DNA of 64,000 nucleotides from a virus, in IMG/VR virus record IMGVR_UViG_3300010151_000007, positions 1 through 64,000 of that record. The stretch is one strand, 5' to 3'. This document shows, piece after piece, positions 16,892 through 25,218 of this stretch. The notes below the pieces were generated by a model. That model made no database searches and was not told the origin of the DNA. It saw only the letters and a list, made by a program, of their open reading frames with translations. How positions within the stretch are numbered: position 1 is the stretch's first letter; every line of letters begins with the position of its first letter. The translations under genes and the position numbers were made by a program.

Positions 16892-18409
16892 ATGGCTTTA
16901 GGTACATACGGTTATATTGTAGCAACAACCAGTTCAACTTTGTCTAGTGCAGAGTTCAATATGTTTGATGAGGATAACTACGGAACATACGCATCCTCTG
17001 GTTCAAACAACAACACACTCTACACCAGTACCAACGGAAGAATGACTGTACAAGAATCTGGTCATTATTTAGTTGCCGGTAATTCATTCATACACGGAAG
17101 CACTACCACCAAACTAGTGCTTCGATTAAAAGTAAACGGGGTAGTTAAATACGACACCGGACGATTTAGTATGGATATCTCAAGAGGGGTGTACAGTAGA
17201 CCATTTCATAAAATTCTTGAGTTAGATTCGGGGAGCTATATAGAGGCGTTTGTTGAAGATGAAGCAAATTCCACCTGTAGAGTTATGTCTGGTAGTTCGC
17301 TGTCTGTAATTAAGCTGTATCACCCGTATGGTACTATGGAATTAAATAAACCTACAGATGCATCTAGCGCGCAGTACAATCCTTTCAACACCGGGTCTGC
17401 GCCCGGTTCGGCTGGAATACTCTCTAGCAGTTTCAGCGGGGCGATGGCACAAGATCCGAGTGCGGGTCGTATACAAACTAATCTGTCTGGTAATTTTATG
17501 TATCTCATAAATGGGCGTGTTGGTGGATCTGGTGGGCCTAGTTTAGATGTAGAATATTACAAAAACGGCACTTCCAGAAAAACATATACAATAGAAAGAA
17601 CAGATGATGCTTTTGTGAATATTGCATTGATGAGCAATTTCGTTTCAGGGAATTCAGCGCACGTCGAAATAGATAATTCAAGTGTTTTTAGTACGAGCAC
17701 AGAAAGTGGTTCTGCTTTTTCATTATTCATGATGCCCACTGCTTCACACTATCTTTCTTTGATCGGGGATACTACGGCTAATTCGCAAACTGGGATTATG
17801 AATCCTTTTGACGAAGATATTTATTCATCTTATTCTTCCAGTGTTATGTTAAGTAATGGAATCACTTATAACCCTGCTAACGGAAGATTCTCTCCTTCTA
17901 GGAGTGGTGTCTATTTTGGATACTCCAACCTCCATATTGCAGTTTCGTCTGACGCAGATGATATCAAAATTAACATAAAGAAGAATGGTGCGACAAACAT
18001 TTATCAGAGTGTTCTTAAAGTAGACGCTAGCGATGATCCCGCTATTAGAAGTACAGTTTGGGTTGCAAGTTTAGATTCGAGCGATTATATGGAGATCACA
18101 CTTTCTTCGTCAGTGGGTCTTGTTTTTGGACCGGGCAGTTCGATGGCGTTCTACGAACTACTGTCTACAGGTTCTGCTGGTTCTGGTGGATCTTCTTCGC
18201 CAGCTAATGAATTTACTCAAAGCGGATCAAATAATTTAATCAATCGAGATTTTACTCTGAATACTTATGGGGCGAACAACCTAACAAATCAATATACTAG
18301 AACAGTAAAACAAGTACCCTTCATACTAGGAACTCCGGGACCTCTTTCTCTTAGAGGTCGTACAACTGGTACTGTTGATATTAGCCTGGGCGATTCTAAA
18401 GAGAATTAA
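16892..18409 (+). CDS. Virion protein with three tandem C1q/TNF-like domains
   Basis: Three repeats of G-R-x-T/S-x3-SG-x-Y/F ... L-x3-S/D-Y/A-x-E. Ser/Gly-rich; C-terminal QVPFILGTPGPLSLRGR. Confidence 0.65.
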   Translation: MALGTYGYIVATTSSTLSSAEFNMFDEDNYGTYASSGSNNNTLYTSTNGRMTVQESGHYLVAGNSFIHGSTTTKLVLRLKVNGVVKYDTGRFSMDISRGVYSRPFHKILELDSGSYIEAFVEDEANSTCRVMSGSSLSVIKLYHPYGTMELNKPTDASSAQYNPFNTGSAPGSAGILSSSFSGAMAQDPSAGRIQTNLSGNFMYLINGRVGGSGGPSLDVEYYKNGTSRKTYTIERTDDAFVNIALMSNFVSGNSAHVEIDNSSVFSTSTESGSAFSLFMMPTASHYLSLIGDTTANSQTGIMNPFDEDIYSSYSSSVMLSNGITYNPANGRFSPSRSGVYFGYSNLHIAVSSDADDIKINIKKNGATNIYQSVLKVDASDDPAIRSTVWVASLDSSDYMEITLSSSVGLVFGPGSSMAFYELLSTGSAGSGGSSSPANEFTQSGSNNLINRDFTLNTYGANNLTNQYTRTVKQVPFILGTPGPLSLRGRTTGTVDISLGDSKEN

Positions 18410-18441
18410 CTAATTAATACACAAACTTGAGGAGAAGTTTT

Positions 18442-18678
18442 ATGCACGCACGTAGAAGAAGATGGCTCAAACAAAGAGCTAAAGATAAAAAGCTCGCTGC
18501 CGAAGCAGCGGCGGCAGTAGTTGTTGAAAAAACTCCGGTGGCACCCAAGCCAATAGTCGCTGAAGATGCTGTCGTCGAAACTGTCGTCGAAGAGCCAGTT
18601 CCGGTGAAAGCAGTAAAAACTGTTGCTGTAAAGCCAAGACGCCGAGTCCGCAAAAAAAAGACAGAAAAAACTGACTGA
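18442..18678 (+). CDS. Small basic/Ala-Val-Pro-rich protein
   Basis: GAGGAG RBS, ATG 18442, Arg/Lys-rich termini. Confidence 0.7.
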   Translation: MHARRRRWLKQRAKDKKLAAEAAAAVVVEKTPVAPKPIVAEDAVVETVVEEPVPVKAVKTVAVKPRRRVRKKKTEKTD

Positions 18679-18689
18679 AGGGAAGTATA

Positions 18690-21449
18690 ATGGGTAAAAT
18701 TTTACTTGAAGGTGGAAACATCTTTAAAGATGCCAATAAGACCCCACTAACTCAAAGGATTAATCGGGCAGATGTAGATCCAACTATTCGATGGCTGGAG
18801 GTTCTTCTCGACATATCTTTGATCGATCACAAACTTGGGACAACTGGTAAAAAACCAACTTCAGGAGATCTCGATCTCGCTGTTGATGAAACCCAAGTCT
18901 CGAAAGAGGATTTGATGAATGTTCTCAAGGCTTGGGTCAAACAAAACCACCCCAAAGATCGTATGAGATCTTGGGTTGCAAAATCTGGTATTAGCCTTCA
19001 TTTCAAAACACCAATCAACGGTGATGACAGCCAAGGCTATGTCCAGACAGATTTGATGTTTGGTGATCCTCAATATATGGCTTGGTCTAGCCAAGGTGAA
19101 CCGGGTGAACAATATCGCGGACAACATAGAATGATCCTCCTTAATTCTATCGCTTCGGCAAAAGGTTATAAGTGGTCGGGATTTAATGGTCTAACCAATC
19201 GAAAAACCATGGAGAAAACAACTGATATCCAGCAGATAACAGATATTCTTTTAGGTCCTGATGGGAGTCCTGATGATTTAACAACAATTCCTAGAATCCT
19301 TGCCGCAATATCGGGTGATGAGAATTACGATCAGTTAGTCGCGATGGCGATTGAAACTTTCCCCAAGTTCGGAGTTAAATTCCCAGAAAGAACCTCTTCA
19401 CTATCAGAATCTATTCTTTTAGAGGGTGGTCTTGCCGGACACATGAGTCATCTTCATGAAAATCCAAACCTGACCTTTCATGAGATCAAAGAGATCTTCA
19501 AAAAGGCCGCCAACGGTCAACTTGAGGGCACAGAGAAAACAGATGGCCAAAACATCTTTATTTCATACAACGTAAATGATGGAACAGCAAGGGCTGGTCG
19601 AAATAAAACGAATATAAAAAACGGTGGTATGACTTCTGACGAACTCGCTGCCAAGTTTGCCGGTCGCGGCGAAGTCGAATGGGCTTTCCGCGATGCATTT
19701 GGTGCTTTCGAAAGGGCTGTAGCGAAATTTACACCTGATGAGCAGATAGCAATCTTTGGTGATGACACAAACATCTATTATAACGCAGAGATTCAGGATC
19801 CTCGTAATGCAAATACTATTAACTACGATCGTAAAACTTTGACTATTCACAGAGTGGGTCACGGAGAGTTCAACCGCACCACTGGCGTCAAAACCGAACG
19901 CGACGTGACAAGACAGGCGTTCATGCTTGGCAAAACATTGGAGAGGACGCAAGAACAGATTCAGGACGAAGAATTTCGTATTGAAATCAATGCAATCAGA
20001 AAATTGCAGCAATTATCCGAACAAAAGCCTTTGAACGATGCTTTAGAACAATTAGAAAGTATCATGGATTTGGAAGGAATCAGTGACAATCATTCGGTTG
20101 GAGATTATCTTGTTTCACGCCTTGCTAAAACTGTCGATTATTGGGTGCCGGGTATCCCTGCCGGGACGAAGCAAGTAATCTTAAAAAGATTGTTGGGCGA
20201 AAAGGGTACAAATATTCGACACATTTTAGCTTCTGTTCCAGAAGATATGAAAGATGATATCAGGGAAATGTTGGGTGACTCAAAGTCAATTATTAAAGAC
20301 GCCGTCTCTCCTTTGGAGGGTATCATTCACACATTTTCTGTAGAAATGCTAAGCAACTTGGAGAGTGCTTTCATTCTGGATAATGAAAAAGAAGTCAATC
20401 GCCTTCAAGCGATGATACGTAAGGCGATCAAGTTAATCAAGAAAAGCAAACGCGAAGACGCAATGGAAATCCTACAAACACAACTGACTAAACTCAAGAG
20501 TGTCGAAAAGATTTCCTCCGCTGTTGAAGGGTTCGTTTTTGATTACAATGGAAGCACCTATAAGTTTACTGGGAACTTTACGCCGATTAATAACATTCTT
20601 GGGATGTTCACTTATGGTACCAAAGATTTTACTCCGTTGGATTTCGATTCTGACGACGATACGATAGCCGAGAGCGAGTCGGACGGTTCAAAGGGGTCTC
20701 CAGTGGTTCGACGCCTTGCGATCGTACCAGGAGCCTTCAAGCCGCCTCACAAGGGACATCTAGCGATGGTCATGCATTACGCAGAACTGGTCGACAAGGT
20801 AATCGTGATGGTTTCCCCTCTTTCAAGGCAGACGCCTTCAGGGAAAGACATCGGTTTCGGGGCGTCGGAAGCTATTTGGGGGCTTTACCTAGATGCTTAT
20901 GGGTTACGAGAAAAGGTTCAGGTTGTTCGTTCGCCGGTAAACTCTCCAGTCCGTGCGGCATTTGATTTTGTTGCGAATGAAGACAGTAACCCATTGTTTG
21001 CGCAAGCTGGGGATTTAATAATTCTTGGAACCAGCACGAAGGGCGGTGATCAATCGAGGTTCAACCAGAACCTTCAACAATACGCTGGGGCAGGTGTGAC
21101 TATCGCTAATGCGCTAGAATATGCTTACACTCCTCAAGAAGAACATGCATTAAGCGCATCGGATTTTAGAAAGATTCTGGAAACTGGCGGAAGTGAAGAG
21201 CTTGAAAGATTTATTCCAAAGAAAGTAGATCATCAACAAGTGTATGATATCCTTCAGCGGGCCGCAGGACTAGAAGAGAAGAAAAAACCTTATATGGAGC
21301 CACACATGCACCAAGACCAAGAAATGGTTGACGAAACGTCAACTGTGGCTGCTGTTGGTGGTTTTGCAGGTTCGGTTAAACCAAAATACAATAGAAAAGA
21401 AATAGTCGAATCAGTTTTCAACTACTTATTAGGGAAAGAGGTGTTATAA
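18690..21449 (+). CDS. Polyprotein: Pol-beta-type nucleotidyltransferase + KxDG ligase-like domain + HxGH nucleotidylyltransferase
   Basis: LGTTGKKPTSGDLDL...VQTD; GHMSH...TEKTDGQN...EGFVF; PGAFKPPHKGH...SAS.FR. ILLEGG precedes domains 1 and 2. Confidence 0.75.
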   Translation: MGKILLEGGNIFKDANKTPLTQRINRADVDPTIRWLEVLLDISLIDHKLGTTGKKPTSGDLDLAVDETQVSKEDLMNVLKAWVKQNHPKDRMRSWVAKSGISLHFKTPINGDDSQGYVQTDLMFGDPQYMAWSSQGEPGEQYRGQHRMILLNSIASAKGYKWSGFNGLTNRKTMEKTTDIQQITDILLGPDGSPDDLTTIPRILAAISGDENYDQLVAMAIETFPKFGVKFPERTSSLSESILLEGGLAGHMSHLHENPNLTFHEIKEIFKKAANGQLEGTEKTDGQNIFISYNVNDGTARAGRNKTNIKNGGMTSDELAAKFAGRGEVEWAFRDAFGAFERAVAKFTPDEQIAIFGDDTNIYYNAEIQDPRNANTINYDRKTLTIHRVGHGEFNRTTGVKTERDVTRQAFMLGKTLERTQEQIQDEEFRIEINAIRKLQQLSEQKPLNDALEQLESIMDLEGISDNHSVGDYLVSRLAKTVDYWVPGIPAGTKQVILKRLLGEKGTNIRHILASVPEDMKDDIREMLGDSKSIIKDAVSPLEGIIHTFSVEMLSNLESAFILDNEKEVNRLQAMIRKAIKLIKKSKREDAMEILQTQLTKLKSVEKISSAVEGFVFDYNGSTYKFTGNFTPINNILGMFTYGTKDFTPLDFDSDDDTIAESESDGSKGSPVVRRLAIVPGAFKPPHKGHLAMVMHYAELVDKVIVMVSPLSRQTPSGKDIGFGASEAIWGLYLDAYGLREKVQVVRSPVNSPVRAAFDFVANEDSNPLFAQAGDLIILGTSTKGGDQSRFNQNLQQYAGAGVTIANALEYAYTPQEEHALSASDFRKILETGGSEELERFIPKKVDHQQVYDILQRAAGLEEKKKPYMEPHMHQDQEMVDETSTVAAVGGFAGSVKPKYNRKEIVESVFNYLLGKEVL

Positions 21450-22271
21450 ATGGCAAAGCATGAAGATTTAGCAGAAGAGCTTATGCTAAGATCCAATATT
21501 CGTAGACTTATGCGCAAACAATATAAGCGTAAGTATTTTGAAACATTAACGGAAAATGTTAATCGTTCAAACGAAGAGGTGTATCTACGCAAAGTTGTTC
21601 GCAAGTTAATTCGCGAAAGAGTGGCGGTTGCTGATAAAGTACCTCACCGTAGTACCGGTATTAATGTGCTTGAAGACTTACTCAAAAAGATCGTGCCAGT
21701 GCTGGAAACCGATTACAAGTCTCTGACGACTGATCGTGAACAAAGAGAATCTTTCCGCAAGCATGTTACTAATGGTATCGACAATTTGTTAGCTCCTACT
21801 GAAATTAATCTTAAAGCAGCAAGAGAGCAAAATCCACTGCCAGACATGGACGCGCCGATGCCTGAAACAGAGTTGGGTGAAGAAGTTGATATAAGTGTTG
21901 GTGATAAATTAGGTGGTGATGACAAATATATCGATATAGGCCGGGACGAGCCCGCACCCGAAGTTGATGACATTGACGACATTGAAAAAAATATCACAAC
22001 AGGCTTAGAAGATCAGGATTTAGACACTACTGGTAAAAACGTAGCCCATTCCTCGTTTAAGAAGATTGAGCAAAATATTCTAGATTCATTCGACTTACTT
22101 AGTAACAGTGAAGATAGAGAAGTGTTTCACGATTACTTAAAGACAAATTTACTATTGTATATGGATAAATTTGAAGATGAATTAACTAATAGCCTCCCAG
22201 ATGTGACGACCGCTCAATACGACCAAGCTACTCGCGGCGGTGAAGAAGGGGATCCGCAGCAACAGTTATAA
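21450..22271 (+). CDS. Acidic phage protein with multiple L/I-x-E sites (probably head-associated)
   Basis: 273 aa containing LAEE, LTE, IRE and LGEE. Late-type motif upstream at 21421. Confidence 0.65.
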   Translation: MAKHEDLAEELMLRSNIRRLMRKQYKRKYFETLTENVNRSNEEVYLRKVVRKLIRERVAVADKVPHRSTGINVLEDLLKKIVPVLETDYKSLTTDREQRESFRKHVTNGIDNLLAPTEINLKAAREQNPLPDMDAPMPETELGEEVDISVGDKLGGDDKYIDIGRDEPAPEVDDIDDIEKNITTGLEDQDLDTTGKNVAHSSFKKIEQNILDSFDLLSNSEDREVFHDYLKTNLLLYMDKFEDELTNSLPDVTTAQYDQATRGGEEGDPQQQL

Positions 22272-22298
22272 AGTATCCGACTGTGTTGAACTTGTCAA
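22270..22298 (-). promoter_or_regulatory. Antisense sigma70-like promoter TTGACA-N17-TACTTT
   Basis: Reverse-complement read. CGGA precedes the -10, as in the other promoters. No credible minus-strand gene lies downstream. Confidence 0.5.
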
Positions 22299-22308
22299 GG
22301 GGTTATTT

Positions 22309-22653
22309 TTGAGTTGGAAGAGAAAGAAAGTATATAAAGGTAAAAACGAAAAATATAGTATTCTGGAGAAGTTAAGAAAGAAAAACAAATCCGATACCCA
22401 TTTTGAATTAATGATTTCTAAACTAACACTTGAAGAAGTTATCGCAGTAAAAATGGAATTAGCTGGACAATCTCTGGGCGGTCGTATTTATAACTGGCCT
22501 ATCTGGGATTCCTTGACAGATGTGGTCAGACATGCTATACTTATGTTTACAATGTCAGTAACAAAAAGTAACCGAGAGGCTGCACAGTTTTTAGGGGTAA
22601 CTGAAATTAAGTTAAGAAGAAATAAACTGAAATATCTTGAAGACAAGGATTAA
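22309..22653 (+). CDS. Fis-like helix-turn-helix protein
   Basis: Likely TTG start (MSWKRKK). C-terminal SNREAAQFLGVTEIKLRR HTH. Confidence 0.65.
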   Translation: MSWKRKKVYKGKNEKYSILEKLRKKNKSDTHFELMISKLTLEEVIAVKMELAGQSLGGRIYNWPIWDSLTDVVRHAILMFTMSVTKSNREAAQFLGVTEIKLRRNKLKYLEDKD

Positions 22654-22655
22654 TA

Positions 22656-23345
22656 TTGAAAAGAGTAGTCATATCCGATTTACATTTGGGGAATTGTAGT
22701 AGCAATGAAGGGCAACTACTTAATTTCTTATCTGAAATTGAATGTGATCAGTTAATCCTTGCAGGTGATATCATTGATTTTATTAGAATACCTATGTTTT
22801 CAGATTTAACATCTCAAATCTTTAAAATCATTGACAACTTTCAAGGTGAGATAATTTATATTGTCGGTAACCACGATATACCATTAAAAGCTCTTGTTAA
22901 TACAACATTGTTTGGTATTCAATTTAAAGATTTTTATGAATTCATTGATAATAATAAAAAAATAAGAATTGAACATGGCGATCAGTATGAGAAAGGTATT
23001 GTTCATCATCTCACTGTAATGAAAGTGATTTCAATTTTTCAAAATATCATTGAAAGCATTTTCAATATAGATCTTTTAAGTGCATGGGTTAAATTCAGAT
23101 TAAAAAGAAGAAAACTCTTTAACATATGGGATATGATTGTTCCTGAAAAGAAAGAGGATATCGATGTATTGATAGTAGGTCACACCCACACTCCAGAAGT
23201 AATAATCTGGATAGACGAAGTTCAGGCGATAAAAACATACATTAATGTTGGTGATTGGGTTCAGCATACAACATATGTCACAATAGAAAATGGGATAACA
23301 AGGCTTAAATCATATGGAGGAAGTCATGATAGAAATATTGAGTAG
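22656..23345 (+). CDS. Calcineurin-like metallophosphoesterase, LpxH/UDP-2,3-diacylglucosamine hydrolase-like
   Basis: ISDLHLG, AGDIID, GNHD, HGD, GHTH and N.GDW. Confidence 0.85.
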   Translation: MKRVVISDLHLGNCSSNEGQLLNFLSEIECDQLILAGDIIDFIRIPMFSDLTSQIFKIIDNFQGEIIYIVGNHDIPLKALVNTTLFGIQFKDFYEFIDNNKKIRIEHGDQYEKGIVHHLTVMKVISIFQNIIESIFNIDLLSAWVKFRLKRRKLFNIWDMIVPEKKEDIDVLIVGHTHTPEVIIWIDEVQAIKTYINVGDWVQHTTYVTIENGITRLKSYGGSHDRNIE

Positions 23346-23787
23346 TATTGCGTTATTTAGTGTTGGTTATATACTGGCATCGATCCTATGGTATATGAAT
23401 CATAGATTTATTTTACATGGTAGGGTAGGTGATTTTCCTTTTTTGAAACACTTTAAACATCTTCATACATTACATCATGTACATGCATATGATGGGCAAA
23501 AAAATAAATACATTGTTGTCCCCTGGTGGGCTCACTTAATAATTGTTTCTGTGTCGGCTCCGTTTTTATTCTTTTCATTTTCACTATGGTGTGGGGCGGC
23601 TACATTCCCCTTAGTTTATACGTGGAGACATTATAGTATACATAATTCAGATACGTCATCCGTATATTACAGAATGCACGCAATCCATCACACAGTCAAT
23701 CCATTTGTTAATTATTCAGGGGTTCATCCCGTAGTTGATCGTATTTTTGGTACAGAGTTGAACATTTTTCCCTTGACAAGACCATGA
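23326..23787 (+). CDS. Fatty-acid hydroxylase/sterol desaturase family membrane protein
   Basis: His boxes HRFILH, HTLHH, HYSIH and HAIHH, then NYS...D.IFGT. Transmembrane segments; GGAGG RBS. Confidence 0.82.
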   Translation: MIEILSSIALFSVGYILASILWYMNHRFILHGRVGDFPFLKHFKHLHTLHHVHAYDGQKNKYIVVPWWAHLIIVSVSAPFLFFSFSLWCGAATFPLVYTWRHYSIHNSDTSSVYYRMHAIHHTVNPFVNYSGVHPVVDRIFGTELNIFPLTRP

Positions 23788-23800
23788 ACCCGGTTATGTT
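23773..23800 (+). promoter_or_regulatory. Sigma70-like promoter TTGACA-N16-TATGTT with CGGT before the -10
   Basis: Read directly, upstream of the RBS GAGG and ATG 23821. Confidence 0.7.
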
Positions 23801-23820
23801 ATAAGGGAAGAGAGAGGAAC

Positions 23821-24285
23821 ATGTCAAAACCGTTGGTAATGGTCTCTGGCGGACTAGATCCGATTCACAGTGGCCACGTTGCCATGATTCTCGAAGCAGC
23901 AACTTTTGGAGAGGTAGTTGTTGTTTTGAATTCTGATGATTGGCTTGTGAAGAAAAAAGGTTATAAATTCATGTCTTTTGATGAGCGCGCAGCTATTTGC
24001 CAAGGGCTCAAAGGCGTAAAGTTTGTGTCGGCAGTAAAAGATGAAGATGGGACAGTTTGTGAAGCTCTTGAAAGACTCAAACCTGATTTCTTTGCCAACG
24101 GTGGCGACAGAAAAAAAGAGAATACACCAGAGTTAAGGAAATGTAAAGAACTTGGGATCAAGATGTTGTGGAACATCGGTGGCGGGAAGACCCAAAGTTC
24201 ATCCGTCCTTGTAGAGAGGGCTGCCATTTCTGGCGCTGGAGGTTTCGAGAGTTATGTGACTCGCGAAGAAACTGATTTAGATTGA
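23821..24285 (+). CDS. Cytidylyl/adenylyltransferase (TagD/RfaE-II-like, HxGH)
   Basis: SGGLDPIHSGH, LNSDDWL, FANGGDR and KTQSSS. Confidence 0.85.
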   Translation: MSKPLVMVSGGLDPIHSGHVAMILEAATFGEVVVVLNSDDWLVKKKGYKFMSFDERAAICQGLKGVKFVSAVKDEDGTVCEALERLKPDFFANGGDRKKENTPELRKCKELGIKMLWNIGGGKTQSSSVLVERAAISGAGGFESYVTREETDLD

Positions 24286-24338
24286 TTTCCCCCGATCCGC
24301 AGGGAGGCATGGGATTACAGATGCCTCAACCACTCATT

Positions 24339-24359
24339 AAGCGCCTTCTGGCGCTTTTT
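24339..24359 (+). terminator. Rho-independent terminator
   Basis: AAGCGCC-TTCT-GGCGCTT followed by a T-run. Confidence 0.75.
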
Positions 24360-24382
24360 GTATTTTAGGGGATACCAAAGCA

Positions 24383-24904
24383 TTGCGTAATTTGACCCGT
24401 AGAGAACGTTACAACGAAAAGAAGAAGGGAAGCAAGATCTTTCCGTTTAGTTTGGTTACGTGTAATTTTATGCACGATGGGAATTTGGCTTACATTATCC
24501 GCGCCGCCGCGTGCTTCGGAGCCGAGAGTGTACATGTAATAGGCAGCATTCCGGCAAGAAAAGAATTGAATCCACTTTCTGGTTCAACTTGTGACTATGT
24601 AAAGATAGTACAACACAAAAGTCCGTCAGATTTCTTAGAACATGCGAGAAATCATGATTGTGAGATTGTATCTGCGGAATTGGACAAAGGTTCGGTTGCA
24701 TTGAGAGACTATCGACCGGACTTCGAAAAACATACAATGATTGTTTTAGGTCATGAAGAGATAGGTGTCCCTGTTGAAATACTTGTGAATAGCACAAAAG
24801 TGTTTATTCCAATGCCCGGCGTAGGTTTCTGCTTGAATACTTCTCAAACGGGAAATATTATGTTGTACGAAATGGTTAATAAATATATGGAGGCAGATTG
24901 TTAA
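24383..24904 (+). CDS. SpoU/TrmH-family (SPOUT) RNA 2'-O-methyltransferase
   Basis: GNLAYIIRAAACFG, LGHEEIGV and IPMPG..FCLN.S. Confidence 0.85.
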   Translation: MRNLTRRERYNEKKKGSKIFPFSLVTCNFMHDGNLAYIIRAAACFGAESVHVIGSIPARKELNPLSGSTCDYVKIVQHKSPSDFLEHARNHDCEIVSAELDKGSVALRDYRPDFEKHTMIVLGHEEIGVPVEILVNSTKVFIPMPGVGFCLNTSQTGNIMLYEMVNKYMEADC

Positions 24905-25173
24905 CAAAAATGAAATACGAAAGTAAAACGAAAATGCTCTCTAAAGGGACAGTTTGTGTTCTTTCTGAAAGAAGGGGTGACAACATGGTTTACCCTTCGG
25001 GCGAGGAAACAACTGTTCTTTTAGACGCTATAATTGATGAATTATCTTGGGCCCATTGCGATGGCTTACAGCCTATCGCAATCGACTCGATGAAATTGGC
25101 GAACCCGCCGTGGTCAAAAACTGGTCGTAAAATCATTGTTTGGATTAATCCAAAAGATGTTTTGAGATTTTGA
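24898..25173 (+). CDS. Hypothetical protein
   Basis: 91-aa ORF filling the operon; start uncertain. Confidence 0.6.
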   Translation: MLTKMKYESKTKMLSKGTVCVLSERRGDNMVYPSGEETTVLLDAIIDELSWAHCDGLQPIAIDSMKLANPPWSKTGRKIIVWINPKDVLRF

Positions 25174-25189
25174 AAAAACATGTTATACT
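25162..25189 (+). promoter_or_regulatory. Sigma70-like promoter TTGAGA-N16-TATACT with extended TG
   Basis: Read directly upstream of phoH. Overlaps an ACTAGTTA late-type motif. Confidence 0.55.
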
Positions 25190-25218
25190 AGTTATTGATG
25201 TGGAGTCGAGGTATTAAA

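Noticed and set aside
24286-24359. tRNA gene or recognised riboswitch/ribozyme
   Set aside because: No cloverleaf, T-loop or consensus that I can recognise. Kept only as an unassigned structured element.
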